Positions 21,688 to 24,000 of a DNA stretch of 24,000 nt are shown here, piece by piece. Each line of letters begins with the position of its first letter. Within the stretch, counting starts at the first letter, position 1. Below the pieces are notes generated by a model. That model had not been told where the DNA came from and made no database searches. It saw nothing but the letters and a program-made list of their open reading frames with translations. The translations under genes were made by a program, and so were the position numbers. This stretch comes from Propionibacteriaceae bacterium (lineage in GTDB: Bacteria > Actinomycetota > Actinomycetes > Propionibacteriales > Propionibacteriaceae): assembly GCA_031271975.1 (NCBI GenBank), contig JAISUR010000047.1, positions 1,362-25,361 on the forward strand, written 5' to 3'.

Positions 21688-22602
21688 TCAGCTGGCTGCC
21701 AGAATGTCCACCACGAACACCAGCGTGGCCCCGCCCGGGATGGATCCGTTGCCGGACTCCCCATATCCCAACTCCGGCGGGATGACCAGTTCCACTTGGC
21801 TGCCGACCTTCTGTCCTACCAGGCCCTGTTGCCAGCCCTTGATGAGGCCGGTCAGGGAGAAGGTGGAAGGGGCGGATTTGCTCCAGGAGCTGTCGAACGC
21901 GGTGCCGTCCCAGAGCCACCCGGCGTATTGGATAGTGATGGTTTGGTCTGCGGCGACTTCAGCGCCGTCGCCTTCCAGCAGGACTTGGACGACCAGTTCG
22001 GCCGGGGGGTCGGCGCTCAGCGGAGTGATTGACGGCTCGCCGTCGTCGGCCAGCGCCACGGCGGGAATGTCCTTGTTGATCTGCGGATTCGGGGTGCCCC
22101 AGGCCCGCGTCGGATCAGCTTCGGGAGCCTCGTCTGACACTGACGCCACCTGAAGCACGATCAGATGCGCCGTCGTCGCGTCGTAAGGCGCGATGATGCC
22201 GAGCACCGCGCCCGCCTTCTTGCCGGTCAGGATGTCGGACATTATGTGTCCGGCAGTGGGCTCTTGGACCTCGCCGGTGTCGGTGCCAGACTCCACAAGC
22301 CGCCCGGTCTGGTCATACTCGGCCCAGTTGAACGTCAAATATTGGCCCACTTTGATCGGGTCGCCGACGCCACCCTCCGCGAACAGGCAGTACTCGTCCG
22401 TCGTGGACGCGGGGATCCCGCCTTCGCCGAATGTCAGCGATGGCACGCCGTCCGCGGACTCGTAGGTGATGCCGGTGAACGCGTCGCCGCAGTTGACCTT
22501 GGTGGGGGCGGGCGTAGCGGAACCCGCGCAACCAGACAGCGCCGACACCCAGACCAAGGCGGCAAGCGTCAACGGCAGCAGGCGGGACAGTTGGTTTCGC
22601 AC
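21688..22602 (-). CDS. FKBP-type peptidyl-prolyl cis-trans isomerase lipoprotein (degenerate N-terminal FKBP-like repeat plus canonical C-terminal FKBP domain)
   Basis: The C-terminal domain (IQYAGWLWDGTAFDSSW...FSLTGLIKGWQQGLVGQKVGSQVELVIPPELGYG...IPGGATLVFVVDIL) is a textbook FKBP_C. GTG 22602 gives MRNQLSRLLPLTLAALVWVSALSGC (lipobox LSGC) and is preceded by GGAAGGA 7 nt upstream. The track start 22620 is a GTG six codons further upstream. Confidence 0.88.
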   Translation of the reverse strand: MRNQLSRLLPLTLAALVWVSALSGCAGSATPAPTKVNCGDAFTGITYESADGVPSLTFGEGGIPASTTDEYCLFAEGGVGDPIKVGQYLTFNWAEYDQTGRLVESGTDTGEVQEPTAGHIMSDILTGKKAGAVLGIIAPYDATTAHLIVLQVASVSDEAPEADPTRAWGTPNPQINKDIPAVALADDGEPSITPLSADPPAELVVQVLLEGDGAEVAADQTITIQYAGWLWDGTAFDSSWSKSAPSTFSLTGLIKGWQQGLVGQKVGSQVELVIPPELGYGESGNGSIPGGATLVFVVDILAAS

Positions 22603-22760
22603 GCTGACATCCTTCCACACTTGCCGTCGCTGAGCTGGTATCCGCCGCCCGCGACTTGCCGGGCGGCTGCCCCTGTGCGGAAGGGCTTGAATACCGGGCT
22701 ACACTGAAGCGTTTGCTGGTGTTGCATACATTTGAGTCCCCGAGAAAGGAACGATACGAA

Positions 22761-23447
22761 GTGAAGAGAATCATAGGCGCCGCGCTCGCCGCCCTGCTGT
22801 TGGCCACGGCCGCTTGTACCCCGCAACTGTCCGCCGACCCCGCCGGCGACACCTCCGAATCAGCCCCCGCGGAGCAGACCTCGGCTCCCGCCGAACAAGA
22901 ACCCCAAGACACTGCCGGCGACGCCGAAGCCGGCTTTGAGGAATACGTCAACCTCGCGTCGAACGTGACGACTGTCCACATGGTCATGAAAATGACCGGC
23001 TCGGCAGACACCACCCTCGAAGGTGATCTTGACGCGACTGACAAGTCCGACTTGAAGATGCACATGACGATGTCGATGTCGGGCCAGTCTATCGAGATGG
23101 TGGTGTGGGGCGGCAAGGTTTACGCCAACATGGCAGGTACGTGGCAAGAAATGACCAGCATGGACGTGGATGACCTCACTGCCGAAATTGGTGCCAAGTC
23201 CGCGGATACGCTGCGCGACGCCGTGAAAGCGAAGAAGTACATCGGCGAGGCCGACATCGACGGCTCCCCCGGCCACAAGTACGAGTTCACCCTGGATATG
23301 TCGACTGTCGGGGAAGTGGTCTATACGGTAGTCATCGCCAACGACAAGAAGTCGCTGCAGTTTGAATTCGAATCCAATGGCACCACAACCGAGGTGACGT
23401 ACACGAAGATCGGCGAACCGGTTTCCATCGACAAGCCCAAGATTTAG
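22761..23447 (+). CDS. putative secreted lipoprotein, function unknown (possibly LolA/LppX-like fold)
   Basis: GTG 22761 gives MKRIIGAALAALLLATAACTPQ (signal peptide, lipobox-like ATAAC). An acidic linker is followed by a beta-rich, Met/Thr-rich domain. AAAGGA lies 10 nt upstream. The upstream 35 codons of ORF 22656 were rejected. The fold suggestion is a guess. Confidence 0.6.
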   Translation: MKRIIGAALAALLLATAACTPQLSADPAGDTSESAPAEQTSAPAEQEPQDTAGDAEAGFEEYVNLASNVTTVHMVMKMTGSADTTLEGDLDATDKSDLKMHMTMSMSGQSIEMVVWGGKVYANMAGTWQEMTSMDVDDLTAEIGAKSADTLRDAVKAKKYIGEADIDGSPGHKYEFTLDMSTVGEVVYTVVIANDKKSLQFEFESNGTTTEVTYTKIGEPVSIDKPKI

Positions 23448-23457
23448 GCTTCGCAGA

Positions 23458-23503
23458 CCGCAAAGGCCGGGCCCCCAACGGGACCCGGCCTCTTGCTTTG
23501 CGG
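23458..23503. terminator. bidirectional intrinsic-terminator-like hairpin between the convergent lipoprotein gene and pntB
   Basis: The outer stem ccgcaaag (23458-23465) pairs with ctttgcgg (23496-23503). The inner GC stem ggccggg.ccc (23466-23476) pairs with ggg.cccggcc (23480-23490) around a 4-nt loop. T/A-rich runs flank it on both sides (ctcttgcttt on plus, caaag on minus). Confidence 0.6.
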
Positions 23504-23511
23504 CTGCGCTG

Positions 23512-24000
<489 letters not shown>

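Noticed and set aside
21086-22153. ORF 21086..21919 (-, 277 aa) and plus-strand ORFs 21589..22032 and 21593..22153 across the PNPOx-like/FKBP junction
   Set aside because: They are out of frame or antisense relative to the FKBP domain and the PNPOx-like gene, and no motifs are present. The 81-nt spacer 21607-21687 has GC-rich imperfect dyads (gcatg-cgttt-catgc; ggcgcgcacccgcgcgtgcc). None forms a convincing terminator stem followed by a U-tract.
22313-23276. Minus-strand ORFs 22313..23116 (267 aa) and 22860..23276 (138 aa)
   Set aside because: They are antisense to the FKBP N-terminus, the divergent intergenic region and the lipoprotein gene. They would cross a promoter region and lack any signal or motif.

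Overview
GC-rich, tightly packed chromosomal window that looks actinobacterial: the initiator tRNA has a C1:U72 mismatch as in mycobacteria, there is an LppM-like lipoprotein, and GTG starts and antisense shadow ORFs are frequent. I saw no mobile elements, CRISPR arrays or rRNA. Left third (1-10.5 kb) is housekeeping: the 3' part of the large NAD-glutamate dehydrogenase, a TrpH-type PHP phosphoesterase, trpS, an alanine/glycine:cation symporter, a small membrane protein, a RumA/TrmA-type RNA methyltransferase, a SAM methyltransferase, a D-2-hydroxyacid dehydrogenase, a lipoprotein with a Q/P/Y-rich tail, a stand-alone homocysteine S-methyltransferase and tRNA-fMet. The middle (10.6-21.1 kb) looks accessory and is the most interesting part. 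A minus-strand operon encodes a 791-aa PFL2/dehydratase-class glycyl radical enzyme (GRE), a minimal PflA-like radical-SAM activase and a pyrroline-5-carboxylate-reductase-family protein. It is transcribed divergently from a five-gene family-5 (peptide/opine/nickel type) ABC importer and is flanked by a beta-lactamase-fold serine hydrolase and a GyrI-like ligand-binding protein. The gene content recalls the hydroxyproline dehydratase (HypD)-P5C reductase pathway. By eye, however, the GRE resembles the PflD/YbiW-type enzymes more than HypD, so its substrate is open. The right end holds a PNPOx-like protein, an FKBP lipoprotein, another lipoprotein, a bidirectional terminator and the 3' part of pntB. 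All functional calls rest on motifs read from the translations; no database search or alignment was run.
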